A stretch of 59,151 nt of DNA from Permianibacter sp. (GTDB taxonomy: Bacteria; Pseudomonadota; Gammaproteobacteria; Enterobacterales; Permianibacteraceae). The translations under genes were made by a program, and so were the position numbers. Under the pieces are notes generated by a model that searched no databases, was not told the DNA's origin, and saw nothing but the letters and a program-made list of their open reading frames with translations. Shown here piece after piece: positions 31,332-43,004 of the stretch (position 1 is its first letter; each line of letters starts with the position of its first letter). The stretch is taken from assembly GCA_036275115.1 (NCBI GenBank), contig DASUEK010000060.1, positions 1 to 59,151 of the forward strand, written 5' to 3'.

Positions 31332-31745
31332 ATGGCGATGGAACTGCACAGCTATCTCGCCGGGTTGCCGGCTTTCCTGTCCTATTTTGCCGTGGCGGTC
31401 GCGCTGACCCTGGTGTTCTGTCTCGGTTACACCTGGCTGACGCCGCATCGGGAATGGTCCTTGATTCGTCAGGGTGTGCCGGCCGCTTCGGTGGCGTTTT
31501 CCGGCAGCCTGCTTGGTTTTGTCCTGCCGCTGGCAAGTGCGATTGCCCATTCCGTCAATTTGCTCGATTGCCTGTTGTGGGGCGCGGTGGCATTGCTGGT
31601 GCAGTGGCTGGTGTTCTTGGCCTTGCGACTGGTGCTACGCGATCTGTCGACCCGTATCGCCAACAATGATTTGGCTGCCGCGACCTTGGTGGCGGTCATG
31701 TCGCTTGCCATCGGGATCCTCAACGCCGCTTGCATGGTCTGGTGA
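31332..31745 (+). CDS. DUF350 (YjfL-like) membrane protein
   Basis: YTWLTPHREWSLIRQG motif, four TM helices, GILNAACM end. Confidence 0.88.
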   Translation: MAMELHSYLAGLPAFLSYFAVAVALTLVFCLGYTWLTPHREWSLIRQGVPAASVAFSGSLLGFVLPLASAIAHSVNLLDCLLWGAVALLVQWLVFLALRLVLRDLSTRIANNDLAAATLVAVMSLAIGILNAACMVW

Positions 31746-31750
31746 TCGCG

Positions 31751-32323
31751 ATGGCAGACAAGCCGATGAAGCGCAGCCGCAAAGCCAGTTTGGTGTTGAT
31801 GGGGACGGTGCCGTTCCTGCTTGCCGCCTGCGAGAACAGTGAGCGGGCCTTGGTCTATCGCACCGTCTCGGAATGCCAGCGTGATCAGGTGTTGACGTCA
31901 GAAGAGTGTGAAACCCGCTTTACCCGCGCCGGTTACGAAAGCGAGCGGGTGGCACCGCGTTATCGCACTCAACAGGATTGCGAGGCCGATTTTGGTCCGC
32001 AGCAGTGTCAGTCCAGCAGCGGCTATTTCATTCCGTTGATGCGTGGCGTGCTGGTCAAGGATCCGCGGCCGGCGCCGGATGAAGACGAACAGAGCGGTGC
32101 CGGTGGTGGTGGCGGAGGCGGAGGTTACTACTCCAGCGTCGCCCAGCCATTGTACGAATCGCGCGATGACAAAGGCGTGTTGCGCACGCCCGACAATGAC
32201 AAAGTCAGCCGGTTGTCTGGTCCGGTCGAGGTCAAAGAGTCGTATCTGCAGGCCAAGCCGACCGCGCGCGTGGTCAGCCGTGGCGGCTTTGGTCGTGCTG
32301 CGGCTGCACGCGCCGGAGGCTGA
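31751..32323 (+). CDS. DUF1190 (YgiB-like) lipoprotein
   Basis: MKRSR, lipobox LAAC, APRY...DCEADFG..QC, SRGGFG. Confidence 0.88.
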   Translation: MADKPMKRSRKASLVLMGTVPFLLAACENSERALVYRTVSECQRDQVLTSEECETRFTRAGYESERVAPRYRTQQDCEADFGPQQCQSSSGYFIPLMRGVLVKDPRPAPDEDEQSGAGGGGGGGGYYSSVAQPLYESRDDKGVLRTPDNDKVSRLSGPVEVKESYLQAKPTARVVSRGGFGRAAAARAGG

Positions 32324-32326
32324 TTC

Positions 32327-33481
32327 ATGCAGCGCATGCGGAGCGTCGAGCGGCCCGGTTGGCGTCAGCTCGCGGAGCAGCTCGGTTTTGGATTTCACAC
32401 CATGTATGGCGCGCCGTACTGGGATGAAACCGCGTACTACCAATTTACGCTGGCGCAGATTGAGCGGGATCTGGAAGCGCCAACCGAAGCCATACACCAG
32501 ATGGCGATGGCCTTGGTGGAAGAGGCCGTGCGCGATGAGGCGCTGCTGATCCAGTTGGGCATTCCGTCGGCGCATTGGGATCTGCTGCGCGAGAGTTGGC
32601 AGCGGCGCGATCCGGCGATGTATGCGCGGCTCGATCTCGCCTACGACGGCCATGGCCCGGCCAAACTCTACGAACTGAATTACGACACGCCGACCTCGCT
32701 GTATGAGAGCGCGTTCTTTCAGTGGGTCTGGCTGGAACAGATGCAGCGCGCCGGTGCGCTGCCAGCCGCCGCCGATCAATTCAATTCGATTCAGGATCGG
32801 CTTGAAGCGTTCTTTGCCGAGACCGCACTGCGCTTGCCGGTGCATTTTGCCGCGATTGGCGACAATGAAGAGGATTGTGGCACCGTCGCGTATTTGCGCG
32901 ACATTGCTACCCAGGCGCGCTGTCCAAACCGGTTTTTGCCCATCGAGCAGATTGGCGTCGACAGTGACGGCCAGTTTGTCGATGAGCAAGACGAGCGCAT
33001 TGCCACGCTGTTCAAGCTGTACCCGTGGGAAGATCTGTTGCAGGAACCGTTTGCGGAGCACCTGCATCAGTCGCAAACGCGCTTTATCGAGCCGCCATGG
33101 AAACTGATTCTCAGCAACAAGGCGGCGCTGGCCTTGCTCTGGCAGCGGCATCCCGGTCATCCGAATTTGTTGCCGACTTACTTTGATGAGGCCAGCTCAA
33201 CCTTGCCCGCTGGCTGGGTGCGCAAACCGTTCTTTTCCCGTGAAGGGGCCAATGTTCAGGCGCATCTGCCGGATGGCCGCTTGCTGCAGGTTGACGGCCC
33301 GTATGGCCATTATCCGTGCATCCGGCAGGCATGGCATCCGGCGCCGTGTTTCGATGGCAACTACACCGTGCTTGGCAGTTGGCTGGTCGGCGATGTTGCG
33401 TGCGGCATCGGGATCCGCGAAGACGCCTCCCACATCACCCAGGATTTGTCGCGGTTTTTGCCGCACATCATTCTGGATTGA
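32327..33481 (+). CDS. glutathionylspermidine synthase-like ATP-grasp protein (YgiC/YjfC)
   Basis: YWDE, RLDL, ELNYDTPTSLYE, FKLYPWE, SNKA and KPFFSREGAN. Confidence 0.93.
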   Translation: MQRMRSVERPGWRQLAEQLGFGFHTMYGAPYWDETAYYQFTLAQIERDLEAPTEAIHQMAMALVEEAVRDEALLIQLGIPSAHWDLLRESWQRRDPAMYARLDLAYDGHGPAKLYELNYDTPTSLYESAFFQWVWLEQMQRAGALPAAADQFNSIQDRLEAFFAETALRLPVHFAAIGDNEEDCGTVAYLRDIATQARCPNRFLPIEQIGVDSDGQFVDEQDERIATLFKLYPWEDLLQEPFAEHLHQSQTRFIEPPWKLILSNKAALALLWQRHPGHPNLLPTYFDEASSTLPAGWVRKPFFSREGANVQAHLPDGRLLQVDGPYGHYPCIRQAWHPAPCFDGNYTVLGSWLVGDVACGIGIREDASHITQDLSRFLPHIILD

Positions 33482-33497
33482 GGGCATGGATAGTGAC

Positions 33498-33531
33498 AAC
33501 AAAAAGCCGGCTCAAGAGCCGGCTTTTTGTT
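33498..33531. terminator. bidirectional rho-independent terminator
   Basis: AACAAAAAGCCGGCTC-aa-GAGCCGGCTTTTTGTT between convergent genes. Confidence 0.9.
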
Positions 33532-33542
33532 TTGGTGCGGAT

Positions 33543-34073
33543 TCAATTCGCCATATACAACGGGTACAAATCCCGTTCTTCCCGTTCGATGCGACGCAGC
33601 AGCGCTTCGGCGATCTCGTTGGATTCCTGGGCGAATTTCTGAATGGTCAGCGGCGACATCGGGTCGTCCATGTAACGGTTGCAGAAATGCACCACCGCCC
33701 GGCTGATGGAATTCATCTCGCGGCGAAAATCGCGGATCAATTCCAGATTGGTTTCATCCTTGGCCAGTGACTGCTCAAGGTAAACGTAGAACTTGACGTT
33801 TTCCTTGATGATGTGGCCCTGAAACTCGGTTTTGAAGGCTTGCAGCCGCGAGCGAAAGTTACGGACGTCGTGATTGCGCAGCAGCGGCATCAGCGAAGTG
33901 AATTGATTGACCAGCTGGACGTGGTCCTGCTTCAGCATGGCGATCAACTGACCGTCGTACGGAATGCCGGCATCGGGTTTGTTGGTGACCGGCGTCGGGG
34001 CTGGTGTTGCGCTGTCCGGCGTTGGCGTTTCAGCGAGTTTGCGTTCCCCAAACAACGAAAATAAACGCGCCAC
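33543..34073 (-). CDS. hemerythrin-like (HHE) domain protein
   Basis: LKQDH, HIIKE...FY and RIEREERDLYP pattern; GTG start. Confidence 0.75.
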   Translation of the reverse strand: MARLFSLFGERKLAETPTPDSATPAPTPVTNKPDAGIPYDGQLIAMLKQDHVQLVNQFTSLMPLLRNHDVRNFRSRLQAFKTEFQGHIIKENVKFYVYLEQSLAKDETNLELIRDFRREMNSISRAVVHFCNRYMDDPMSPLTIQKFAQESNEIAEALLRRIEREERDLYPLYMAN

Positions 34074-34384
34074 AGGATGGATCTCCTCAATCGGCCCGTT
34101 CTGTGCCGGGGCCGAGTTTCTTGTGCTTGTGGAAGAAAGGAACGGTGTCTGAGCGCGTGCCCGTTCCCTCTACAGGCGCGCTGCTGCTCGACCGTTCCCA
34201 TTGCGCGGCATCCTGCTGCGGCACCCGAAATCCGTCTTGTCAGTGGGGTGCAATGCTGCCAGTATAAATAAAACATATGTACCAGTTTGTATCGCTTTGT
34301 ACGAGCGTGCAGCGGTTCACATCCGGCCCGCCGGGCTTCAGGAATACCGGGCGGCTGATAACAGGCTGTCGCCGTGAGGGGAAC

Positions 34385-36403
34385 ATGGCTGACTTGAGCG
34401 CAGTGCGGGGGCTGTCGGAGCCCAATCCACAGGATGCCGCGTGGCGGTTGCTGGCAGACGAATTGAAGGCCTTGCAGCCGGCGCCCGTCGCTGCCGGGCT
34501 GGGTGCTTGCGAAGCTGCGTCGGTGCTGGTGGTGGGCGCCGGACCGAGTGCCCAGGCGTTGGTCCGGTTGTTGGCGCGACAGGCACCGACGCGCGACGTG
34601 CTGATGCTCAATGGCGAACGCTTTGTCCCCTATAACCGGGCCCAGATCAGTTCGACCCTGGCCGATGGGCGACCGCTGCAACGACTGGCGGCGTTTCCGC
34701 CGACAGCCGCCGATCTCGCGCCCAAGATCCTGCACGATGCCCGTGTTGTCGCGATCGACCGCGTGGCGCGCAGCGTGCGACTGCACGATGACCGCGTGAT
34801 CCGCTACGAGACGCTGGTGCTCGCCACCGGCGCGCGCTCGCGCCGGCTGCCGCCGCTGGATATCCGTCATCCGCGGTTGCGGGATTTTCGCTGTCTGGAT
34901 GATCTGCAAGTGCTTACCGAGCTGAAGCCGCGTCAGGTTGTGGTGGTTGGCGGCGGGCTCTTGGGCATCGAAGCTGCACGGGCAATGCAGGCCCGCTGTG
35001 AGCAGATCACGGTGCTGGAACGGTTTCCGCATCTCTTGCCACGCCAGCTCGATCAAGAGGCTGCGAGTCGCGTTGCTGAGCAGCTGGGCGAGCAGGGCGT
35101 CACGGTAATGTGCGATCGCAAGATCGCCAGCCTCGCATGCGAACCTGCGGCGCTGACCCTGACGCTGGACGATGGCAGTGCGCTGCGCGCGGATTTGCTG
35201 ATATCCGCCACCGGTGTCGAGCCCGAGATCCGGTTGGCGGCTGACGCGGGCTTGGCGGTTGATCGCGGTGTGATTGTCGATGCCAATTTTCGCACCAGTG
35301 ATGAACACATTTACGCGATCGGCGAATGCTGCGAGCAGGCCGGGCAGACGGTCGGCAGCCTGGCGCCCTGCCTGCATCATGCCGAGCAGCTGAGTGCGTT
35401 GCTGACCGGTCAAGCCGCGGTATCGCCCGCCGCCAGCAACGTGTTCCAGCTGAAACTGGCCGAACGCACAATTGTCAGCATCGGCAATACCCGCGCGATC
35501 GATCAGCGCATGCACGCGTACAGTGGACCGGAGCAGTCGTATCGCCGGATTTTCCTCATTGATCAGCGGGTGGTCGGCGCCATTCTTTACGATCGCGCCA
35601 ACACCGACATTTCTGCGTTCAGCACCGCTGTGGCCGAGCAGCGTTTGCTGACGGCAAATGAGCTTCAGGCGTTTGGCCAATCCGGTCAATTGCCAGAAAC
35701 CGGAAGCGACGGTACCCAGCAAATCATCTGCTTTTGCGCCAATGTCAGCCGTGGCCGTCTGCTCGAGCTGCAACAGCAAGGGCTGACCCGTGCGCGCATC
35801 ATCGCTTGCACTGGCGCCAGTCAGCACTGCGGTTCCTGTGCCGGCCGTATCGAACACGTGTTGGGCGGCACCGCTTCCCGTTACAACACTCGAATGACCG
35901 TCGCTGCCGTGGCTTCGGTACTGCTGCTTGGCATTGCGCTGCTGCTGGGCTGGCAGACGCCATTGGCCAGCAGCTGGCTGTCGGCTTACCGGCAAATCGA
36001 TTGGCTGTGGCGTGACCCGGTTGCGCGCCAAATCACCGGATATGTCCTGCTGCTGGTGGCGCTGCTCAGTTTTGTCTGGGGCTATTGGCGACGGGTGCAG
36101 CGTTTGCACGAACGCGCGCAAAAAGCGCGCCTCGGCACCCACGCGTTGACCGCGGCAGTGGCCCTCATGTTGTGGTGGGTACACACCGGTGGCCGTGTCG
36201 GCCATGGCCTCAATCGCGGGTTGTTGTTGGCGATGCTGCTCGTCGCCATCACCGGCGCATTGGCAGGCGCCGCGTGGTTGCAAGCGGCGCAATCGGCATG
36301 GCAGCGGCGCGTAGCGACGGGACTGCGCGTGCTGCACTGGTTTGCGTTGTTGCCGATTCCTGCCTTGCTGCTGTTTCACATTGTCAAAACCTACTACTAC
36401 TGA
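34385..36403 (+). CDS. fusion: NirB-type FAD/NAD(P)H oxidoreductase + BFD-like [2Fe-2S] + di-heme-b membrane domain
   Basis: VVGAG, LVLATGA, VVGGGLLGIEAA and IYAIGEC; CFC...CGSC; about 5 TM helices with two H-x13-H pairs; RBS GAGGGG. Confidence 0.85.
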   Translation: MADLSAVRGLSEPNPQDAAWRLLADELKALQPAPVAAGLGACEAASVLVVGAGPSAQALVRLLARQAPTRDVLMLNGERFVPYNRAQISSTLADGRPLQRLAAFPPTAADLAPKILHDARVVAIDRVARSVRLHDDRVIRYETLVLATGARSRRLPPLDIRHPRLRDFRCLDDLQVLTELKPRQVVVVGGGLLGIEAARAMQARCEQITVLERFPHLLPRQLDQEAASRVAEQLGEQGVTVMCDRKIASLACEPAALTLTLDDGSALRADLLISATGVEPEIRLAADAGLAVDRGVIVDANFRTSDEHIYAIGECCEQAGQTVGSLAPCLHHAEQLSALLTGQAAVSPAASNVFQLKLAERTIVSIGNTRAIDQRMHAYSGPEQSYRRIFLIDQRVVGAILYDRANTDISAFSTAVAEQRLLTANELQAFGQSGQLPETGSDGTQQIICFCANVSRGRLLELQQQGLTRARIIACTGASQHCGSCAGRIEHVLGGTASRYNTRMTVAAVASVLLLGIALLLGWQTPLASSWLSAYRQIDWLWRDPVARQITGYVLLLVALLSFVWGYWRRVQRLHERAQKARLGTHALTAAVALMLWWVHTGGRVGHGLNRGLLLAMLLVAITGALAGAAWLQAAQSAWQRRVATGLRVLHWFALLPIPALLLFHIVKTYYY

Positions 36404-36411
36404 CTCTGCCG

Positions 36412-37719
36412 ATGCGATTCCTCTCCGTTGTGCTTTTTTCGCTCGCCACCGTGGTCGGTGGTGCGGTGCTGGCGTGGCAGCTGCTCGGCGACGATCAGCG
36501 AGTCTTCCAGCCGGGCGAGCTCAGCTACGCCCATCACCAACTGGAGCTCGCTTGTGCCAGCTGCCATGACGACGCGTTTTCCGGCAATGCCGGCATCGAG
36601 CAACGCTGCCTCGGTTGCCATCAGGCCGATATGAAAGCGATCGGTGATGCCCACGGCCCGAAAAAGTTCGCCGATCCGCGCAACGCTGGTGAGCTGGAGC
36701 GACTGGATGCGTCACGTTGCCTCAGCTGCCATCGCGAGCATGTGCCGGAACAGACGCATGCCATGCAGGTGACTCAACCGAAAGATTTTTGCATGGCTTG
36801 TCATGCTGATATCGCAACGACACGAGCCAGTCACCAAGCGGTGGCCGGTGACAGCTGCACCAATGCCGGTTGCCATAATTACCACGACAACAGCACCTTG
36901 TATGAAGCGTTTCTGAACGCACACCAACACGAGCCGGCGCTACTGCCACATCCGCAAAAACGGCCGCGTCATGTTGCGATGGCGGCGATGTTGACGCCCG
37001 ATTGGCAAACGCTGTGGTCGAATCCGGCTGCCATGCCGGCGATCAAGTTGGCGGAGCAGGACTGGGCACAATCGGCACATGCCAAGGGCCACGCCAATTG
37101 CAGCGATTGCCACCAGCGCGAGAACCCGAATGAGGTTGCGATGACGGTGTGTGCCGACTGCCATGACGATGAATGGCAAGCGCTGCAGAAAGGCCATCAC
37201 GGCATGCGGCTGGCTGTCGGGTTGGCGCCGATGTCGGTATCGGATGCCAGGCTGCCGATGCATGCTGATGCCGCCGACAACGCCGTGAGCTGCAACAGCT
37301 GCCACAGCCCGCACCGTTATGACACGAGCAAAGCGGAAGCGGAGAGCTGTCTTGGCTGTCATGCCGATGAGCACAGCCGCAACTGGCCGCAGTCGACGCA
37401 CGGCCAACGCTGGCAGCAGGATCCGGCCACGGGCGTCAGTTGCGCCGGTTGTCATATGCCGCGCGAACCGCACCCGGATAATTCATCGCAGTGGGTCCAA
37501 CACAATCAAAGCGCCAATCTGCGGCCGAACGACAAGATGCTGAAACAGGTTTGCATGCGTTGCCATGGCTTGGAATACGCGCTGTCAGCGCTGGCCGATC
37601 GCGATGTAATCAAAAGCAACTTCAGCAGGCCGGCATCCGGCCAGCACGACAGCATGGAATGGCTGCGGCAACAGGCCAGACAAAACCAATCCGGCGTGGC
37701 CACGCCAGCATCGGAATAA
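36412..37719 (+). CDS. multiheme cytochrome c (10 CxxCH + 1 Cx4CH)
   Basis: N-terminal hydrophobic helix; CASCH, CLGCH, CLSCH, CMACH, CTNAGCH, CSDCH, CADCH, CNSCH, CLGCH, CAGCH, CMRCH. Confidence 0.92.
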   Translation: MRFLSVVLFSLATVVGGAVLAWQLLGDDQRVFQPGELSYAHHQLELACASCHDDAFSGNAGIEQRCLGCHQADMKAIGDAHGPKKFADPRNAGELERLDASRCLSCHREHVPEQTHAMQVTQPKDFCMACHADIATTRASHQAVAGDSCTNAGCHNYHDNSTLYEAFLNAHQHEPALLPHPQKRPRHVAMAAMLTPDWQTLWSNPAAMPAIKLAEQDWAQSAHAKGHANCSDCHQRENPNEVAMTVCADCHDDEWQALQKGHHGMRLAVGLAPMSVSDARLPMHADAADNAVSCNSCHSPHRYDTSKAEAESCLGCHADEHSRNWPQSTHGQRWQQDPATGVSCAGCHMPREPHPDNSSQWVQHNQSANLRPNDKMLKQVCMRCHGLEYALSALADRDVIKSNFSRPASGQHDSMEWLRQQARQNQSGVATPASE

Positions 37720-37780
37720 CGCAGGAGTAGAGCGCTGAGCACAGCGCGTGTTGACAACACATCATGACGAGGGAACAAGC

Positions 37781-38338
37781 ATGAAAAAGAGATGGGGATG
37801 GTCGCTGTTGGTGGTGATGCTCGCAGGCTGTGGCAAAGCGCCAGAGCCGCAAGGGATCAGTCCGCAGCGGATGACCGATACCATACACACCATTCTGGAA
37901 GCCGACCGGACCGTGTACACCCAACAGGTGGTCAATCGGCTAACGTTGGACGAGAAAGTGATCAAGGCCAGCGAACATTGGCGGGAAGACAAGGCACTGG
38001 TCTTGCCGGCGCAGATGTTCCGAATGGGGGCTGAACTGGTCAATGAAAAAGATCTCGGCATGTCCTATGCGCTGATTTCGGAATGGGCGATCAACAAGAA
38101 AAATCTGCCGCGTACCGATGGCGAGCGCAGCGGCATGCAGGCACTGATTCAGAACCCTGCGCAGCCGTATTACACCGAGGAGGAACTGGGCGGCAAACGC
38201 TACTTCACTGCCGTTTACCCGGACAAGGCGATCGCCGAAGCCTGCGTACAGTGCCATAACGACCACAAGGATTCGCCACGCAAGGACTTCAAGAAAGGCG
38301 AGGTGATGGGCGCCGTGGTGATTCGGCTGGCGCTTTAA
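37781..38338 (+). CDS. DUF3365/Tll0287-like monoheme c lipoprotein
   Basis: Lipobox LAGC; LPAQM; C-terminal ACVQCH...FKKGEVMGAVVI. Confidence 0.85.
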   Translation: MKKRWGWSLLVVMLAGCGKAPEPQGISPQRMTDTIHTILEADRTVYTQQVVNRLTLDEKVIKASEHWREDKALVLPAQMFRMGAELVNEKDLGMSYALISEWAINKKNLPRTDGERSGMQALIQNPAQPYYTEEELGGKRYFTAVYPDKAIAEACVQCHNDHKDSPRKDFKKGEVMGAVVIRLAL

Positions 38339-38357
38339 TCAACGCTGCAATGCAAGA

Positions 38358-38394
38358 AACAGCAAGCGACCCCGCCATGGGGTCGCTTGCTGTT
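38358..38394. terminator. terminator hairpin between the redox operon and katG
   Basis: Perfect 16-bp stem AACAGCAAGCGACCCC-gccat-GGGGTCGCTTGCTGTT. Confidence 0.8.
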
Positions 38395-38448
38395 GTGTTT
38401 ACTGTTTGCCGGTGACCGCCTGCAGATGACCGCTCGCGGCTGACGTGA

Positions 38449-40776
<2,328 letters not shown>

Positions 40777-41324
40777 TCATGCCTGCATAAGCAAGATAGT
40801 CGCTACAACAGATGTGACGCTGCAGGAGCACTCCGCAGCGTTGCTGCTAGTACCCACTCACGCAGCATGCACAGCAAAGCAGGCCCGCTGTTTCGTTATG
40901 ACCATTACAATGCGGATACAGTTCGATACGCGTTTCTGCAGGGTGAATGTGGTTTGCCAGAACTGTGAGCCCTGTCGTCACTGAACTTTCGGAATCGGCT
41001 TGACGAACATTGTCCGCTGATCTTCAATAACAGCGTCCTGTTGTGCGCCGTCAGTTGTCAGGGATGTGATAGAAGTGCCGGCGCGCTGCCTCATCCCTTG
41101 TTTGCAGTTCCCCCCACGGCTGTTCGCTGCCTCAACAATCGAGGCGGTGCGGGTTTCTTTGTCGATCGATTTTGTAGTCTTCACACGGGTTTTGACGTGT
41201 GAAGCGGGGAGCTTTTGCCTGCAGATTTTGCGTGTCGTGCGCGGAAGGGATTGACCGCGCCGGCTGGCGCACGATGGCGGCAGGCAAAGCAGGCGCAGAC
41301 CAAGGGCACGAGGATGCAGCAGGG

Positions 41325-41894
41325 ATGCTGGATGTCACGCTGAAATTTTTGCAGCAGCAGCTGAATGCCTACTTGCTGGTCCGCACCGGTAGCGACTTCG
41401 GCGCGGTCGAAATGTGTCAGCCGATAGACGACACCGGCAAATGGGCCGTGAAAGAAGATGTCCTCGGGCTGTCACTGATCAATATCGAGGAAGAGCGCAT
41501 CCTGCGTTCCCAGCTGCCCGAAACCACCTATCTGAATGGCCAGAACATTCTGTTGCAACCGCCGCTACGGCTCAATTTGCACCTGCTGTTTCTCGCCCGG
41601 TTCAAGCAATACGATCAGGCATTGCGCCAACTTTCCCATGTTCTGACGTTCTTTCAAAGCCACTTGCTGTTCACCCCGGAGCAGCATCCGGGGCTAGATC
41701 CACGTATTGAAAAGCTGACTTTGGAACTGCAGTCACCGAACTACGAGCAGCTAAACCAGATCTGGGCGTTTCTCGGCGGCAAACAGCTGCCATCCGTGTT
41801 GTACCGGGCCCGAATGGTGATCTTGCAAGACGCTGAAACGGCGGCCATTCAGCCGCCGTTGACTGCCATCGATCTGGCGTTTCGGCAACCATGA
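41325..41894 (+). CDS. eCIS cap/tail terminator, DUF4255 (Afp16/Pvc16-like)
   Basis: LSLINIEEE, PPLRLNLHLLF and LNQIWAFLGGKQLPSVLYRAR. Confidence 0.9.
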   Translation: MLDVTLKFLQQQLNAYLLVRTGSDFGAVEMCQPIDDTGKWAVKEDVLGLSLINIEEERILRSQLPETTYLNGQNILLQPPLRLNLHLLFLARFKQYDQALRQLSHVLTFFQSHLLFTPEQHPGLDPRIEKLTLELQSPNYEQLNQIWAFLGGKQLPSVLYRARMVILQDAETAAIQPPLTAIDLAFRQP

Positions 41895-42910
41895 GCACGC
41901 GCTTTTCGACTCTGCTGCAGCTCGATATCCAGCACGAGTTTTACGGTGGTGGCTGTCCGGACTTTGGCTTGATACTGCCGGCTGACAGCCAGCGCCTGCT
42001 GCAGCGCGGCCGCTTGCTGCTCAAAGCACGCGACAACCGTTGGCATCTGCTTTATGAACAGGATCACGATGGCGAGCCGTTGGCGATGCTGGCCGAGCAG
42101 ACGCTGCGGATAGGTCTGCAGCTGCTGAATCCCTATTTCGACAATTTCACCGGCGAAAGTCTGGCGTTGGCGGGCGAGGTACCGGTTTATCGCAACCGTG
42201 TCACACCGGATGCATTGGCGGCGCCAGTGCGGATGCCGCTGTGTTCCGGCTTTTATCGGCATGTCATCGCGCAGCCGCAACGACCGGTGACGCTGCAGCT
42301 GCGCCGGCCGGGTGCCGAGCTTTTGCACAGTATCACTATTACTGCTGCCGACGACCGGCCGTCGTTTGCATTTGATTTGCGTGAGCTGCCGGCCGGCGAA
42401 TACTGGATTGAAGAGCATTATCCGGGCGATGTGGTCACCCAGACCGCTATCTATGCCGATGCCGAACTCTGCCAGCAGGCGGTAGCTGCGGTGCTGGAAC
42501 TGCGCCTTGATGCGACGTTTTACGAAACGGCGCCAGTGCTGACTCTGCAGTTCTCGGCCAAACAGCAGGCGTTGCGTTTCTATCTGGTTGTGCGCAATTA
42601 CAGTGATGCCGAGTTTGCCCAGCTCAGTGTCAGCGATCACGGCTTTGTTGAAGACGGTCGCAGCGAGATTCTGTTCCAGCGGATCGCATCGGCCAGCTTC
42701 GGCGCAGAAGAGATACCTGCTGAGCTGTTGGCGCGGGAGGGCGAACGGGTGGTGCTGTTTCGGTCACAAGTGGCGGTCGGCCGACAAGCACGACCGCGCC
42801 GCAAGCTGCAGTTGCGGCGCAATGGCGACATCCTGATTGAACACCTGCCACAACCGGGCCCGGACAGTGCCAAAGCCGAGCAGATCGTGCTGGTTGGCAA
42901 GCCGGGATAA
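41891..42910 (+). CDS. eCIS accessory protein (position of cap adaptor Alg16B-like genes)
   Basis: IQHEFY, LLNPYFDNFT and LIEHLPQP; between DUF4255 and sheath; ATGA overlap. Confidence 0.65.
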   Translation: MSTRFSTLLQLDIQHEFYGGGCPDFGLILPADSQRLLQRGRLLLKARDNRWHLLYEQDHDGEPLAMLAEQTLRIGLQLLNPYFDNFTGESLALAGEVPVYRNRVTPDALAAPVRMPLCSGFYRHVIAQPQRPVTLQLRRPGAELLHSITITAADDRPSFAFDLRELPAGEYWIEEHYPGDVVTQTAIYADAELCQQAVAAVLELRLDATFYETAPVLTLQFSAKQQALRFYLVVRNYSDAEFAQLSVSDHGFVEDGRSEILFQRIASASFGAEEIPAELLAREGERVVLFRSQVAVGRQARPRRKLQLRRNGDILIEHLPQPGPDSAKAEQIVLVGKPG

Positions 42911-43004
42911 GTTTTCCGAAAGATTTTGTTGCAGAAAGGTATCACGCGCGGCAAGACGCCGCGTAATACGCAGTTTGGTTTCAACAAGCCCAAGGAGCCG
43001 AGCA

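Noticed and set aside
34290-34303. GTA-N8-TAC palindrome upstream of the redox operon
   Set aside because: Matches a cyanobacterial NtcA-type box; too short and the wrong lineage to support
33944-36379. 811-aa minus-strand ORF, and similar long antisense ORFs (26968-29007, 46063-48087, 54757-57162, 10927-12435)
   Set aside because: They shadow well-supported genes on the opposite strand, have no motifs, and are expected in GC-rich DNA
34385-36403. nirB nitrite reductase
   Set aside because: No siroheme/[4Fe-4S] domain and no nirD; the C-terminus is a membrane domain
42478-42489. ops-like GGCGGTAG (RfaH site) in the eCIS operon
   Set aside because: Lies inside a CDS, lacks the nnTG ending, and is likely chance in GC-rich DNA
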